64,000 bases of DNA, taken from assembly GCA_964650355.1 (NCBI GenBank), contig CAZYTL010000003.1, positions 65,750 through 129,749 on the forward strand, in the 5' to 3' direction. The notes under the pieces are model-generated. The model worked only from the letters and a program-made list of their open reading frames with translations, was not told where the DNA came from and searched no databases. Each line of letters opens with the position of its first letter. The first letter of the stretch is position 1. The stretch comes from an uncultured Gammaproteobacteria bacterium (lineage in GTDB: Bacteria > Patescibacteriota > Microgenomatia > CAYXHB01 > CAZYTL01). Positions 46,323-55,831 of this stretch are shown here, in pieces. The translations under genes and the position numbers were made by a program.

Positions 46323-46625
46323 ATGCTCAAAAAAACTCTCCTCCTCTTTATCGAATTTAATATCCTGTTCCTTCTATTTAGCTTTATTGGTTTTATTCTC
46401 ATCACCGCCGTCACCCCTGCCCCGCCTGGTGATAGAATTATCAGCCTTGGACCCTTTATAAGAAAAGGTGCATACTTCGGCTACATCCTTAGCATTATAT
46501 CCACATTAGCGCTTAACATAAAAAACCTAAAATCCAAAAAATACGAATTAATCACCACCTGTCTCTTCTTCTCTGCCCTATATTTCATTCTTCTCTGGAA
46601 GGGTGGCCCGTTTTTGGGAATTTAG
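46323..46625 (+). CDS. small membrane protein (MLKK-family paralog 2)
   Basis: 100 aa. Shares the MLKK.LLL N-terminus and TM topology with the preceding gene. Confidence 0.35.
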   Translation: MLKKTLLLFIEFNILFLLFSFIGFILITAVTPAPPGDRIISLGPFIRKGAYFGYILSIISTLALNIKNLKSKKYELITTCLFFSALYFILLWKGGPFLGI

Positions 46626-46632
46626 CCTTCAA

Positions 46633-46950
46633 CTAGAACATCCCCAACTCTGCTTTTGCTTCCTCGCTCATCTTCTCCATACTCCACGCCGGTTCCCATG
46701 TCAATTCAATCTCCACCGCTTCCACCCCTTCTAAACTCTTCACCGCCTTCGTCACCAAACTCTCAAAAGTACTGGCCAGCGGGCACCCCGGACTCGTCAA
46801 CGTCATCTTCACGAACACCTTGAACCTTGAATCTTGAATCTTGAGTTTAACATCGTATATCAAACCCAAATCCACAATATTAATCAACAGCTCAGGATCC
46901 ACCACCTCCTTTAACTTCTCTCTCACCTGGTCTTCTGTTAACATCACCAT
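46633..46950 (-). CDS. SufT/DUF59 (MIP18-family) Fe-S cluster assembly protein
   Basis: VVDPEL.INIVDLGLIYDV...TLTSPGCP pattern. Confidence 0.65.
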   Translation of the reverse strand: MVMLTEDQVREKLKEVVDPELLINIVDLGLIYDVKLKIQDSRFKVFVKMTLTSPGCPLASTFESLVTKAVKSLEGVEAVEIELTWEPAWSMEKMSEEAKAELGMF

Positions 46951-46979
46951 AAATCAAATCAGAAATTAATGAAGACAAC

Positions 46980-48206
46980 TTAAACCTTAAACATCTTCAT
47001 CGCCTTCTCCACCCCTTCCACCAACTTATCCACGTCCTCCTTCGTATTATAAACATAAAAACTTGCCCGCACCGTCGCCATCAAACCCAAATAAGTATGT
47101 AAAGGCATTGCACAGTGGTGCCCTGCCCGCACGTACACATTATCCGAGTCCAACACCTGCGCCACATCATGAGGATGAATCCCATCTACTGTAAATGAAA
47201 TCACTCCCCCTCGTTTACCCACATCATTCGGCCCGTAAACAGTCACGCCTCTCAGCCCATTTAGCTCTTTCAGCCCATATCGCACCAGCTCGCATTCGTG
47301 AGCTCTCACCTTCTCCATCTCTAAATTGTCCAAATAATCCACGGCCGCTCCTAATCCAATCGCTCCCGCAATATGTGGTGTTCCTGCCTCAAACTTATAA
47401 GGCGCCTCTTTAAATTCCGCTTTGTCAAAACTCACCTCACTAATCATTTCTCCCCCATACATAAACGGGGCCATCTCTTCCAACAACTCCTCTCTCCCCC
47501 ACAACACGCCGATCCCCGAAGGCCCCAGCATCTTATGCCCGGAAAACGCATACCAATCACACCCCAACTTCTGCATATCCACTTTCATATGCGGCACCGC
47601 CTGCGCCCCATCGATTAGTAATTTCGTTGCCTTGTTGTTTTGTTTCACCACTTTACTTATCCTCTCGATATCATTAATCGTTCCCAACACATTCGACACG
47701 TGAGTCACCGCCACCAGCCTGGTTTTCTTCGTCAAAGCTCGTCCCAAGGCTTCCATATCTAACAACCCCTTCTCATTTATCTGAACAACTTTTAACTTCG
47801 CCTCCGTAATCCCCGCCAACACCTGCCAGGTCACCAAATTAGCATGATGTTCCATCACCGAAATCACTATCTCATCTCCTCTGGTAAAATTCCTCAATCC
47901 CCAACTATACATCACCATATTCAGCGCCTCCGTCGCATTCCTCACAAACACAATTTCATTCTGCTTTGCAGAAATAAATTTTGCCATCTTTCCCCTCGCG
48001 CCTTCATAAGCCATTGTTGCCTCTTCGCTCAACTTATAAATTCCCCGGAAAATATTCGCCGTGTACTCTTCATAATACTTCCGCACCGCCTCCACCACTG
48101 GCTTTGGCTTCAAACTCGTGGCCGCCGAATCCAAATACACAATCGGCTGCCCTTCAATCTTCCGCTTAAAAATCGCAAAATCCTGTTTAATATTTTTCCC
48201 GATCAC
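46980..48206 (-). CDS. sufS: cysteine desulfurase SufS (class V aminotransferase)
   Basis: PLP-lysine region FSGHKMLGPSGIGVLWG, active-site Cys RAGHHCAMPL. GTG start with SD AAGGGAG. Confidence 0.85.
   Translation of the reverse strand: MIGKNIKQDFAIFKRKIEGQPIVYLDSAATSLKPKPVVEAVRKYYEEYTANIFRGIYKLSEEATMAYEGARGKMAKFISAKQNEIVFVRNATEALNMVMYSWGLRNFTRGDEIVISVMEHHANLVTWQVLAGITEAKLKVVQINEKGLLDMEALGRALTKKTRLVAVTHVSNVLGTINDIERISKVVKQNNKATKLLIDGAQAVPHMKVDMQKLGCDWYAFSGHKMLGPSGIGVLWGREELLEEMAPFMYGGEMISEVSFDKAEFKEAPYKFEAGTPHIAGAIGLGAAVDYLDNLEMEKVRAHECELVRYGLKELNGLRGVTVYGPNDVGKRGGVISFTVDGIHPHDVAQVLDSDNVYVRAGHHCAMPLHTYLGLMATVRASFYVYNTKEDVDKLVEGVEKAMKMFKV
47957..47973. repeat. ATTCTGCTTTGCAGAA palindrome, in-frame in sufS (FISAKQNE)
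   Basis: Exact copy. Confidence 0.8.
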
Positions 48207-48249
48207 TCCCTTATTATATACTAAAAATAGCCGTTAATCGTAAGTCCGC

Positions 48250-48609
48250 ATGTCATTTATCATCCTCCTCTCCATTTCATTCATCTCTTTATATATCAAT
48301 GACCGATCATTCTGGTCTAAACAAGACATTGCTAATAAATTCCTCAGTCTCTATCACTACCTATTAATATTCATCTTTGTCAGATTCATTCTATTAGCCT
48401 TCATCACGGAAGCCTCAAAGCAGATTGAATCTGGCTTTAACCTTCCTCTCACTACAGCCCAACTCATTGTCTATGTCTTTGATTTTATCTATTGGATGGG
48501 CATCCCCCATCTGATTAAAATGACCAACAACAATGCTTTTAATAAAGCCATTGTTTACACCTTTATTGAATTACTTATCCTCCCCGGAGTTACAACACTT
48601 CTAACTTAA
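48250..48609 (+). CDS. hypothetical membrane protein
   Basis: 119 aa, 3 TM helices. Confidence 0.3.
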   Translation: MSFIILLSISFISLYINDRSFWSKQDIANKFLSLYHYLLIFIFVRFILLAFITEASKQIESGFNLPLTTAQLIVYVFDFIYWMGIPHLIKMTNNNAFNKAIVYTFIELLILPGVTTLLT

Positions 48610-48993
48610 ATTACCGCTCTTTTTCTCCTTATCCTTTGTCATCATTTCCAACACCGAATTTACCATCCACAACACAATACTGAACAAAACCGCCGACCCG
48701 AAACCCGCTACCGTAAACCCTGGTACCAACCACCCTACCAACCCCACCATCAACGCATTCAAAATCAATAAAAATATCCCCAAAGTTAAAATCGTCACCG
48801 GTAAAGTCAACACCACCAAAATCGGCCTTACGAACGTATTCACCACCCCTAAAACCAGCGCCACCACCACCGCAATTAACCAACTGTCCACCTTCACCCC
48901 AGGGATCAGCAACGCCGTTACCCACACCGCCAACCCATTAATCAACAACTTCATCACCAAATTCACCATAATTACATTATACGACAACCTCAA
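48601..48993 (-). CDS. 4-TM membrane protein, Phage_holin_4_2 (PF04020)-like
   Basis: LINGLAVWVTALLIPGV...VLGVVNTFVRPILVVLTLPVTILTLGIFLLILNA is typical of the family. Confidence 0.45.
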   Translation of the reverse strand: MRLSYNVIMVNLVMKLLINGLAVWVTALLIPGVKVDSWLIAVVVALVLGVVNTFVRPILVVLTLPVTILTLGIFLLILNALMVGLVGWLVPGFTVAGFGSAVLFSIVLWMVNSVLEMMTKDKEKKSGNLS

Positions 48994-49065
48994 ACTTTGC
49001 TATAATCCACGTATAAAATAAACCTTTATCCTCATTCACGATTCCTGATTCATATTTCAATTTCT

Positions 49066-51369
49066 ATGGACAAAAAATATCGACCCCAAGATCACGAACA
49101 ACGCATCTACCAACTTTGGGAATCTTCCGGAGCCTTCACTCCCCAAATAGATCCCGATAAAAAACCCTACACCATCGTCCTTCCTCCTCCCAATGCCAGC
49201 GGTAAAATGCATATCGGCAATGTCCTCATGATTGCCATTGAAGACTTACTCATCCGGTGGAAAAGAATGCAGGGCTATAATGCCCTCTGGCTCCCAGGAA
49301 CCGACCATGCCGGATTTGAAACCCAGATTAAATACGAAAACAAATTAAAAACCCAAGGCAAATCCCGTTTTGATTTTGACCGCCAGACTCTCTACCAAAA
49401 TATCTGGGACTTTGTTCAAAACAACAAAAAGCTCATCGAAGACCAAATCAGGAGCATGGGCGCCAGCGTTGACTGGACCAGATATACCTTTACTCTTGAC
49501 CCCAAAGTCATTGATCTCGTCTTCAACACCTTCAGCAAAATGCACCAAGAAGGATATGTCTATCGAGACGATTATATGGTCAATTACTGCCCTCAGTGTG
49601 GTACCACCTTTGCTGATCTTGAAATAGTTCATCAAACTCGCCAAGATCCCCTCTACTACATCAAATATGGCCCACTTATCGTAGCCACTGTCCGTCCGGA
49701 AACTAAATTCGGTGACACTGCCCTCGCCATCCATCCGGATGATCCTCGCTACCAAAAATATATCGGCCAAGAAATCGAGGTCCAAGGTCTCTCAGAAAAA
49801 TTCAACCTCAAAGTTATCGCCGACGACATGGTCGATCCCGAATTCGGTACTGGAGTAGTTAAAATCACTCCGGCTCATGATCCCAATGACTTTGAAGCCG
49901 GTAAACGCCATAAACTTGATATCAAAAGCGTTATTGACCTCGATGGCAAACTCAATGAACTCACCGGTCCTTACCAAGGCATGACCGTCTCGCATGCGCG
50001 TGGGGTTATCGCCGCCGACCTGGAAAGAGAAAACCTCATCGAAAAAGTCGATCCCAACTATACTCACTCCGTAGCTATCTGCTACAAAGCCGGCCATGAT
50101 ATCGAACCTACCATCCTCCCTAACTGGTTTATCAAAGTCGCCGATCTCAAGAAACCTGCTCATCAAGTAGTCAAAAATAGGCAAGTAAAAATCTACCCTA
50201 AATGGCAGGAGACCAAATACCATCGCTGGATGGAAATTATGCACGACTGGCCGATCTCCAGACAAGTTGTCTGGGGCATCAGAATCCCAGCCTGGTATTC
50301 GGTCAAACAAAACCCTCACCTCATGATCACTTTTCTTAACTCCCAAAGCAAAGTCGAATCCGGCTCTATATCTGACCTTCTAAAAAATCACCCCTTTTCA
50401 GAAATCGAAGCCGGTTTACAAACCCTCATTGCCCCAAAAGACGCTAAATTTACCATTAGCAAAACCAAACCCGGAGACGATTTCCTGCAAGAAACTGACA
50501 CCTTTGACACCTGGTTCTCCTCGGGTCACTGGCCTCTGGTTACCACAGGCTACCCCTACTCTCCTGACTTCAAATACTTCTATCCCACTGACGTTTTAGA
50601 AACCGGTTGGGAAATACTTCGCCTTTGGGTTTCCCGCATGATTATGTTTGGCATCTATCACACCGGTCAGCCGCCCTTCCGTAACGTTTATTTACACGGG
50701 ATGGTCAGAGCCATTGACGGACGCAAAATGAGTAAAAGCCTGGGGAATGAAATCGTCCCTGAAGACTACCAACAACAATTCGGTACCGATGCTCTTCGTA
50801 TGGGTCTCATCATGGGCACAGCCAACGGCAAGGACTTTAACTTTCCTCATGATAAGATCCTAGCATTCCGCAATTTTGCCAACAAACTCTGGAACATCGC
50901 CAGGTTTATAGAATTGTCTTTTTCCAAAACACCAACCCCAGTCCCTTGGTATCAAGATCTCTCTCCCGAGTTACTCACTAAAGAGGATCAAAACATCATC
51001 GACCAACTCAACAAAACTATCAAAATCACGAATAAATCTCTCACTGACTACAAATTCGCTCTTGCCGCCGAAACTATCTACCATTTTGCCTGGGATGATC
51101 TAGCTTCTAACTATCTCGAAGCCATCAAACCCCGCCTCAGGCCTAAAGAAACCAAACAAACCTCTTCCGCACAGGCAGGTAACAAAACGAACGAAGACTC
51201 TAGACGTGCAGCACTTTCAATCCTCCGGCATACCTATTTCAATATTCTCAAACTTCTCCACCCCTTTATGCCTTTTGTCACCGAAGCCATCTGGCAGGAA
51301 CTCAAACATCTCCGCAAATACCCCGATCAACTGCTCATCTCCTCCAAATGGCCAAGCCTTAAAACCTAA
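49066..51369 (+). CDS. valS: valyl-tRNA synthetase-like class I aminoacyl-tRNA synthetase
   Basis: HIGH-type PPPNASGKMHIGNVL, KMSKS (RKMSKSLGN) and DWPISRQVVWGIRIP (ValRS-type WCISRQ..WG). Confidence 0.75.
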   Translation: MDKKYRPQDHEQRIYQLWESSGAFTPQIDPDKKPYTIVLPPPNASGKMHIGNVLMIAIEDLLIRWKRMQGYNALWLPGTDHAGFETQIKYENKLKTQGKSRFDFDRQTLYQNIWDFVQNNKKLIEDQIRSMGASVDWTRYTFTLDPKVIDLVFNTFSKMHQEGYVYRDDYMVNYCPQCGTTFADLEIVHQTRQDPLYYIKYGPLIVATVRPETKFGDTALAIHPDDPRYQKYIGQEIEVQGLSEKFNLKVIADDMVDPEFGTGVVKITPAHDPNDFEAGKRHKLDIKSVIDLDGKLNELTGPYQGMTVSHARGVIAADLERENLIEKVDPNYTHSVAICYKAGHDIEPTILPNWFIKVADLKKPAHQVVKNRQVKIYPKWQETKYHRWMEIMHDWPISRQVVWGIRIPAWYSVKQNPHLMITFLNSQSKVESGSISDLLKNHPFSEIEAGLQTLIAPKDAKFTISKTKPGDDFLQETDTFDTWFSSGHWPLVTTGYPYSPDFKYFYPTDVLETGWEILRLWVSRMIMFGIYHTGQPPFRNVYLHGMVRAIDGRKMSKSLGNEIVPEDYQQQFGTDALRMGLIMGTANGKDFNFPHDKILAFRNFANKLWNIARFIELSFSKTPTPVPWYQDLSPELLTKEDQNIIDQLNKTIKITNKSLTDYKFALAAETIYHFAWDDLASNYLEAIKPRLRPKETKQTSSAQAGNKTNEDSRRAALSILRHTYFNILKLLHPFMPFVTEAIWQELKHLRKYPDQLLISSKWPSLKT

Positions 51370-51426
51370 CCTCTTCCTCCTCATCCCCCACTTCCCCCAT
51401 CTATTCCACTCCGCTATCATACAACT

Positions 51427-52245
51427 ATGGCCAAAAAAGATCCTCATCTCATCCAACGCTTCGAAGAACTTTATCCAGGTGCCGCTACTCCTAAAACCCC
51501 GACCAAACCCTTCACCACGGTCAGCCCGTTCCCTCGTAAGCCATACACTCCCGATTATCAAACCACCACTCCTCAGGAACCTGCTCCTCCCCAGCCTCTT
51601 CCTCCTCCCCCGCCTCTCCTCATCAACTATCAACCTGAATTCAAAGAAATCACTGACCAGGAAGCCCGAGACACCCTTGAATCCAACAACTTCACGGGTT
51701 TTGATCCAGTCTCCGTCCGCAAACTCCTTATCCGCAGCCCCCGAGTTCTCTTAACTGCCCTTCAACAAAAATGGTCCGATGTTCTCCTCTATCCTTGGCG
51801 TGCCGGTTGGACTGAATTCACTTCACAGGAACGCAACGCCATGCCCTGGCTATCCGCCGCCCTTGACTGGGGCATTTCATCAATAGAAATGTATGATAAC
51901 GCCCACGCTTTACCCCACGACCATCCCCTTAAAAACATTTGCCTTACCGCAGCCAAACAAATGCGCGAATGGGAACAAAACCACCCCCGATTCTCCGGTC
52001 TTGCGGCAGAGTCAAAACCCTTGGATCAACTCCTAGGCCAACCCATTCTCATCGGTTCTGACGGTTGGCCTTTGAACAAATTAGACGACGATGGTTTACC
52101 TCTGCCTGAAGAAGAACTCTATTCCAACACTTACCTCCTTTATCGTCGCTATCGTCCCCATATCTCCAAAAGACTCCAAAAACTCTTCCGCAAAATTGCC
52201 CGCGTCGCTCTGGAAAAAGGCCGCATCATATTAATCCAACCATAA
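51427..52245 (+). CDS. hypothetical protein with Pro-rich N-terminal region
   Basis: 272-aa ORF with no motif. Confidence 0.4.
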   Translation: MAKKDPHLIQRFEELYPGAATPKTPTKPFTTVSPFPRKPYTPDYQTTTPQEPAPPQPLPPPPPLLINYQPEFKEITDQEARDTLESNNFTGFDPVSVRKLLIRSPRVLLTALQQKWSDVLLYPWRAGWTEFTSQERNAMPWLSAALDWGISSIEMYDNAHALPHDHPLKNICLTAAKQMREWEQNHPRFSGLAAESKPLDQLLGQPILIGSDGWPLNKLDDDGLPLPEEELYSNTYLLYRRYRPHISKRLQKLFRKIARVALEKGRIILIQP

Positions 52246-52383
52246 CCAGACCGCCAAACCACCTAACCTCTCTTCTTTATCTGCTTATATCCGTATTACT
52301 GCTTTCGTCCCTCAATCCTGACTACCCCTACCCTTTTCTCCTCAAACTCGGTATCATGAAAATAGTAATTTCACTACTCTTCC

Positions 52384-55032
52384 ATGGCTTCAAAACGAGA
52401 TTCACAAACAACCAATCGCGGCAATCCTCTTGAAGGCTATCAAAATTATGACAAAACCCAATTCGCCCAAGATCTCCTCAATGGTAAAATCTCTCCTTAT
52501 AGCAAAGAAGCGCATCAATTCGCCCAACAAATATTAAACGACCAAGCTGCCAGTCCTGCGTCTCAAAAATTCGCTCAGGACTTACTCTCAGGAAAACTCA
52601 GCAGTCCACCTCTCAAATCCGCTCAAGACATTGCCAAGGAAGAGCCTCCCCCAAAAACCGGATCAAAAACCCTTGCCAAAGGTACGGCAATTGACACTTC
52701 CAAACTCGTTCCTCCCCCCACCGGTTTTCCTTCCTCACTTTTCCGGAAACCACCCACAGGCAAAGACATTCTTGTTGGCGACATTTCTATTGACCCCAAC
52801 CAGCCACTCCCGCCGGAAACCCAACGCCAACTCCTGGAGCGCTACCAAAACGATCTTCTCGCCGGCCAGGAAGCTCTGGCGCACCAGAAAAACATTCCTG
52901 CTCCGGTTGCCCACGACATCGTTGCCCTCGACACCGCTTTCGACCTGCTTAAAAAACGCGGTCACTGGGATCCAAAGCTTGAACAGCAACTCTATAAGGA
53001 CAACCAAACCGCCTTGGCACCTCTAAAACCCACAGCTCTCTCTCCAGAAGAACAACAACAATTAATGACCGACGCCGCCCACAATGTCCTCGAAGCCAGC
53101 AAAATTGCTGCCCAAGGCAAAACCATCCCCGAACCTCTCCGCTTGGAACTCGTTAAAAACGAAATCAAAATCTCTGATCTTCGGGCCCACGGAGGGCTAG
53201 ACCTAAATGTAGAAGAACAGGTTATTAAACAATTGGAAGTTGATCAAGCTCCACTCCTGACCACTCCTGCCATCGCCGCTCCATCACCACCCTCCGGAGC
53301 AGTCCAAGTTCCTCCTTCGCGTGAACAATTAGCAGCTCAACCCAAAATGGCCTTTGCTGTCCCCAAAGAAGTTCGTTCATTAATCCGCAAACCCTTCGAC
53401 GCTGCCCGCCATGAAGTTTCCAAACAGGCTCAGTCCGAAGTCAAGAAACTCGCCGAAAAACGCACTAAATCCGCTGCCCAAAAAGCCGTGGGCAAAGCCA
53501 CCAAAAGCACCCTCATGAAACTCGGCTCCAAGGCTTTAGCCATTGCCTCTGGTGTCGGCGCCGCCGTCCTCACCGCCGTTGGCATCACCCGCTTCCTTTG
53601 GAAACACAAAGAACTTGTCCTCGCCGCCCTCTCCTGGCTCATGCTCCAACTCGCCGCTCTCATCAACCTCATCATCGGCTCAGTCTTTGTCTTAACCGGA
53701 GCAGTCGTTGGTTTCGTCATCGCCGGACCGATCGGTGCCGTTGTCGGCGGCGCAGCCGGCTACGCCCTCCAATCCTGGCTCCGCACTTTGGGCCACGGCA
53801 GCACTGCCCAAGGTTTGGGCATCGCCACCAAACACTTAGCCGGCCAAACCACCGCTATAGTTGACGCCACCACCGGCCAAGTTGTTACCGTAGTCGACTC
53901 AGGCATCGGTGGTATTCTCTCCGGAGCCACTATCGTCCCAGCCAGCCTAGTTGCTCTCCCTGTCTTCGCTGCCCTAGGCACCGCCGGGTTCATGACCTTC
54001 TTTGTCATGATGCATATCCTCGTTGCCTTCACCGTTCCCAATCCTTTAGGCACCACCTTTCAATATCCCACCGGGCCTAATGTTCCTCCCGGCAGTGTCG
54101 TTCCCAATCCCGCCCAGCCTAACTCTCAACAACTACTAGACATCATGGAATCTGCTGCTAACAAAGCCTGTATTCCTTCTGCCCTCCTCAGCGCCATCAT
54201 GCAAACTGAAGGTGGCGGTTCTTTTAACTGGAGCGATGCTCAGGTTACCCGTTTCGGCGGATCTGTCCGTTGGTGGGAAAACGCGCTCCTCTCTAACGGC
54301 ACTCGCGGCAATTGCTACCTCACTCATGACGCTAGTTCTACCAGCGAATGCGGCCGAGGCCAAGGCTATTGCTTCGACGCCTGCACCGACTCCGGTCTTT
54401 GCTCAGGACAAGACGAATATGTCGCCGTTTATGGTTGGCCATCAGGAAACTGCTCGAGTCTATCCGGGCAACCCTGTAAAAGTGTTCCCTCCGCCCAAAT
54501 TTGTCCTCTCCGAAAAACTCGCCAATGCACCCTCTACGATGTCTACGGTATTACCCAATTTCGCCGCGTCACTTTCCACGGTGGTAGCTGTACAGATCGC
54601 GAAGGCCTCCAAGGTGAACCTCCCAGATATGGAAGCCCGCCCGCTTCCATCCAATGTCTCCAAGGTATCGCTTCCCGAATCGGGATCACCAACCATGGCC
54701 CCCCTAACCGTTGCCACGCTGGAGACGCTATCCAGGCCACCTCATTCTTTATCCAAGACAGGGCCCAAATCTCCTGTCCCTTTGATCCCACCCAATGGAA
54801 AATTGGTAATATCTGTGCCGTCGCCAGAAGCTATTGTGGCTCCTGCGGCACCGTTGCCGATCCAAATAGTTCCAACTATGTCACCGCCCAAATGTATCAA
54901 CAATACCCAGAACTCTATCCTTGTTATCCATATTATGGCAACCCTGGATCAAACCCCGAAGGTTGCACTTCAGGCAACGAGGGTTATTGCGATAAAATCT
55001 ACCGCCTCTACATCGGCAGCGGCAGCCCTTAA
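52384..55032 (+). CDS. large membrane protein: N-terminal ~22-aa FAQDLL repeats, central multi-TM/Gly-zipper segment, C-terminal ~330-aa Cys-rich extracellular domain (possible SLT-like region)
   Basis: Repeats QFAQDLLNGK / HQFAQQILND / QKFAQDLLSGK. TM cluster with GAVVGFVIAGPIGAVVGGAAGYAL. About 30 Cys in the last 330 aa. AIMQTEGG is only weakly SLT-like. Confidence 0.5.
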   Translation: MASKRDSQTTNRGNPLEGYQNYDKTQFAQDLLNGKISPYSKEAHQFAQQILNDQAASPASQKFAQDLLSGKLSSPPLKSAQDIAKEEPPPKTGSKTLAKGTAIDTSKLVPPPTGFPSSLFRKPPTGKDILVGDISIDPNQPLPPETQRQLLERYQNDLLAGQEALAHQKNIPAPVAHDIVALDTAFDLLKKRGHWDPKLEQQLYKDNQTALAPLKPTALSPEEQQQLMTDAAHNVLEASKIAAQGKTIPEPLRLELVKNEIKISDLRAHGGLDLNVEEQVIKQLEVDQAPLLTTPAIAAPSPPSGAVQVPPSREQLAAQPKMAFAVPKEVRSLIRKPFDAARHEVSKQAQSEVKKLAEKRTKSAAQKAVGKATKSTLMKLGSKALAIASGVGAAVLTAVGITRFLWKHKELVLAALSWLMLQLAALINLIIGSVFVLTGAVVGFVIAGPIGAVVGGAAGYALQSWLRTLGHGSTAQGLGIATKHLAGQTTAIVDATTGQVVTVVDSGIGGILSGATIVPASLVALPVFAALGTAGFMTFFVMMHILVAFTVPNPLGTTFQYPTGPNVPPGSVVPNPAQPNSQQLLDIMESAANKACIPSALLSAIMQTEGGGSFNWSDAQVTRFGGSVRWWENALLSNGTRGNCYLTHDASSTSECGRGQGYCFDACTDSGLCSGQDEYVAVYGWPSGNCSSLSGQPCKSVPSAQICPLRKTRQCTLYDVYGITQFRRVTFHGGSCTDREGLQGEPPRYGSPPASIQCLQGIASRIGITNHGPPNRCHAGDAIQATSFFIQDRAQISCPFDPTQWKIGNICAVARSYCGSCGTVADPNSSNYVTAQMYQQYPELYPCYPYYGNPGSNPEGCTSGNEGYCDKIYRLYIGSGSP

Positions 55033-55075
55033 CTCATCATAAAATCAAAAATCAATCCAACAATTTTCAGCCAAT

Positions 55076-55116
55076 GGCTGATCGGCGGTTCGACTGAGCT
55101 CACCGTCGAAGTCCCC
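55076..55116 (+). repeat. ~40-nt repeat GGCTGATCGGCGGTTCGACTGAGCTCACCGTCGAAGTCCCC (plus orientation); internal hairpin TTCGAC/GTCGAA
   Basis: Intergenic between 52384..55032 and 55146..55826. Confidence 0.65.
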
Positions 55117-55145
55117 CAACCGAAACAATTTAACCATTTATATCC

Positions 55146-55826
55146 ATGAAGATCCCTTCTCTCTCAATTCCCAAACTCCCTCCCCAAAAATGGCTCTTTA
55201 TTGCCATCTTAGCTTTTGTTGCCCTCATCATCACCCTCCTAGCCACTCGTCCCTTCAGCCTAAAAGTCACTCAAACCGATCCCCGTGATCAACAAACCGA
55301 AGTTCCTCTTAACTACCTCTTAACCGTCACTTTCAACCGCCCGGTTAATTCTCGGATCCAACCCTCCTTGCTCATTACTTTCGAGCCACCGGTCACCGGC
55401 CAAATATCTTTTAGTGCTGACCAGACTCAAGCTGTCTTTCAACCAAACGACTTTTATCAACCAGACACCCAGTATACCGTTACCGTCACCGGTCAAACCA
55501 TCAAAGATTTCACCTTCACCTTTCATACTCGTACTCAGATTGAACTTCCCCACTTTCCCCTGCTTAACCCCTCCTCTCCTCCAGCCGGTCCTCAAAGTCT
55601 TCAAGAGAAAAAACAACAACTCCTTAGCCACCTCCCTTACTATGGAAAAAACTTCTATATTCAATACACCTTGCTCGGAGACTTCATCTATGTCAACATC
55701 TTTACCGACCCGGTAGAGCAGGCCAAACAACAAGCCATCGCCTGGCTCAAAACTCAAGGCTTTGACGACCCTGAAAACCAACTCAACATCCGTTATACTT
55801 TTCCTAAAAGCTTTAATCCCAAATAA
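55146..55826 (+). CDS. membrane-anchored hypothetical protein (possible Ig-like beta domain)
   Basis: N-terminal TM, then a beta-rich T/V/Q segment. Confidence 0.4.
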   Translation: MKIPSLSIPKLPPQKWLFIAILAFVALIITLLATRPFSLKVTQTDPRDQQTEVPLNYLLTVTFNRPVNSRIQPSLLITFEPPVTGQISFSADQTQAVFQPNDFYQPDTQYTVTVTGQTIKDFTFTFHTRTQIELPHFPLLNPSSPPAGPQSLQEKKQQLLSHLPYYGKNFYIQYTLLGDFIYVNIFTDPVEQAKQQAIAWLKTQGFDDPENQLNIRYTFPKSFNPK

Positions 55827-55831
55827 TTTCT

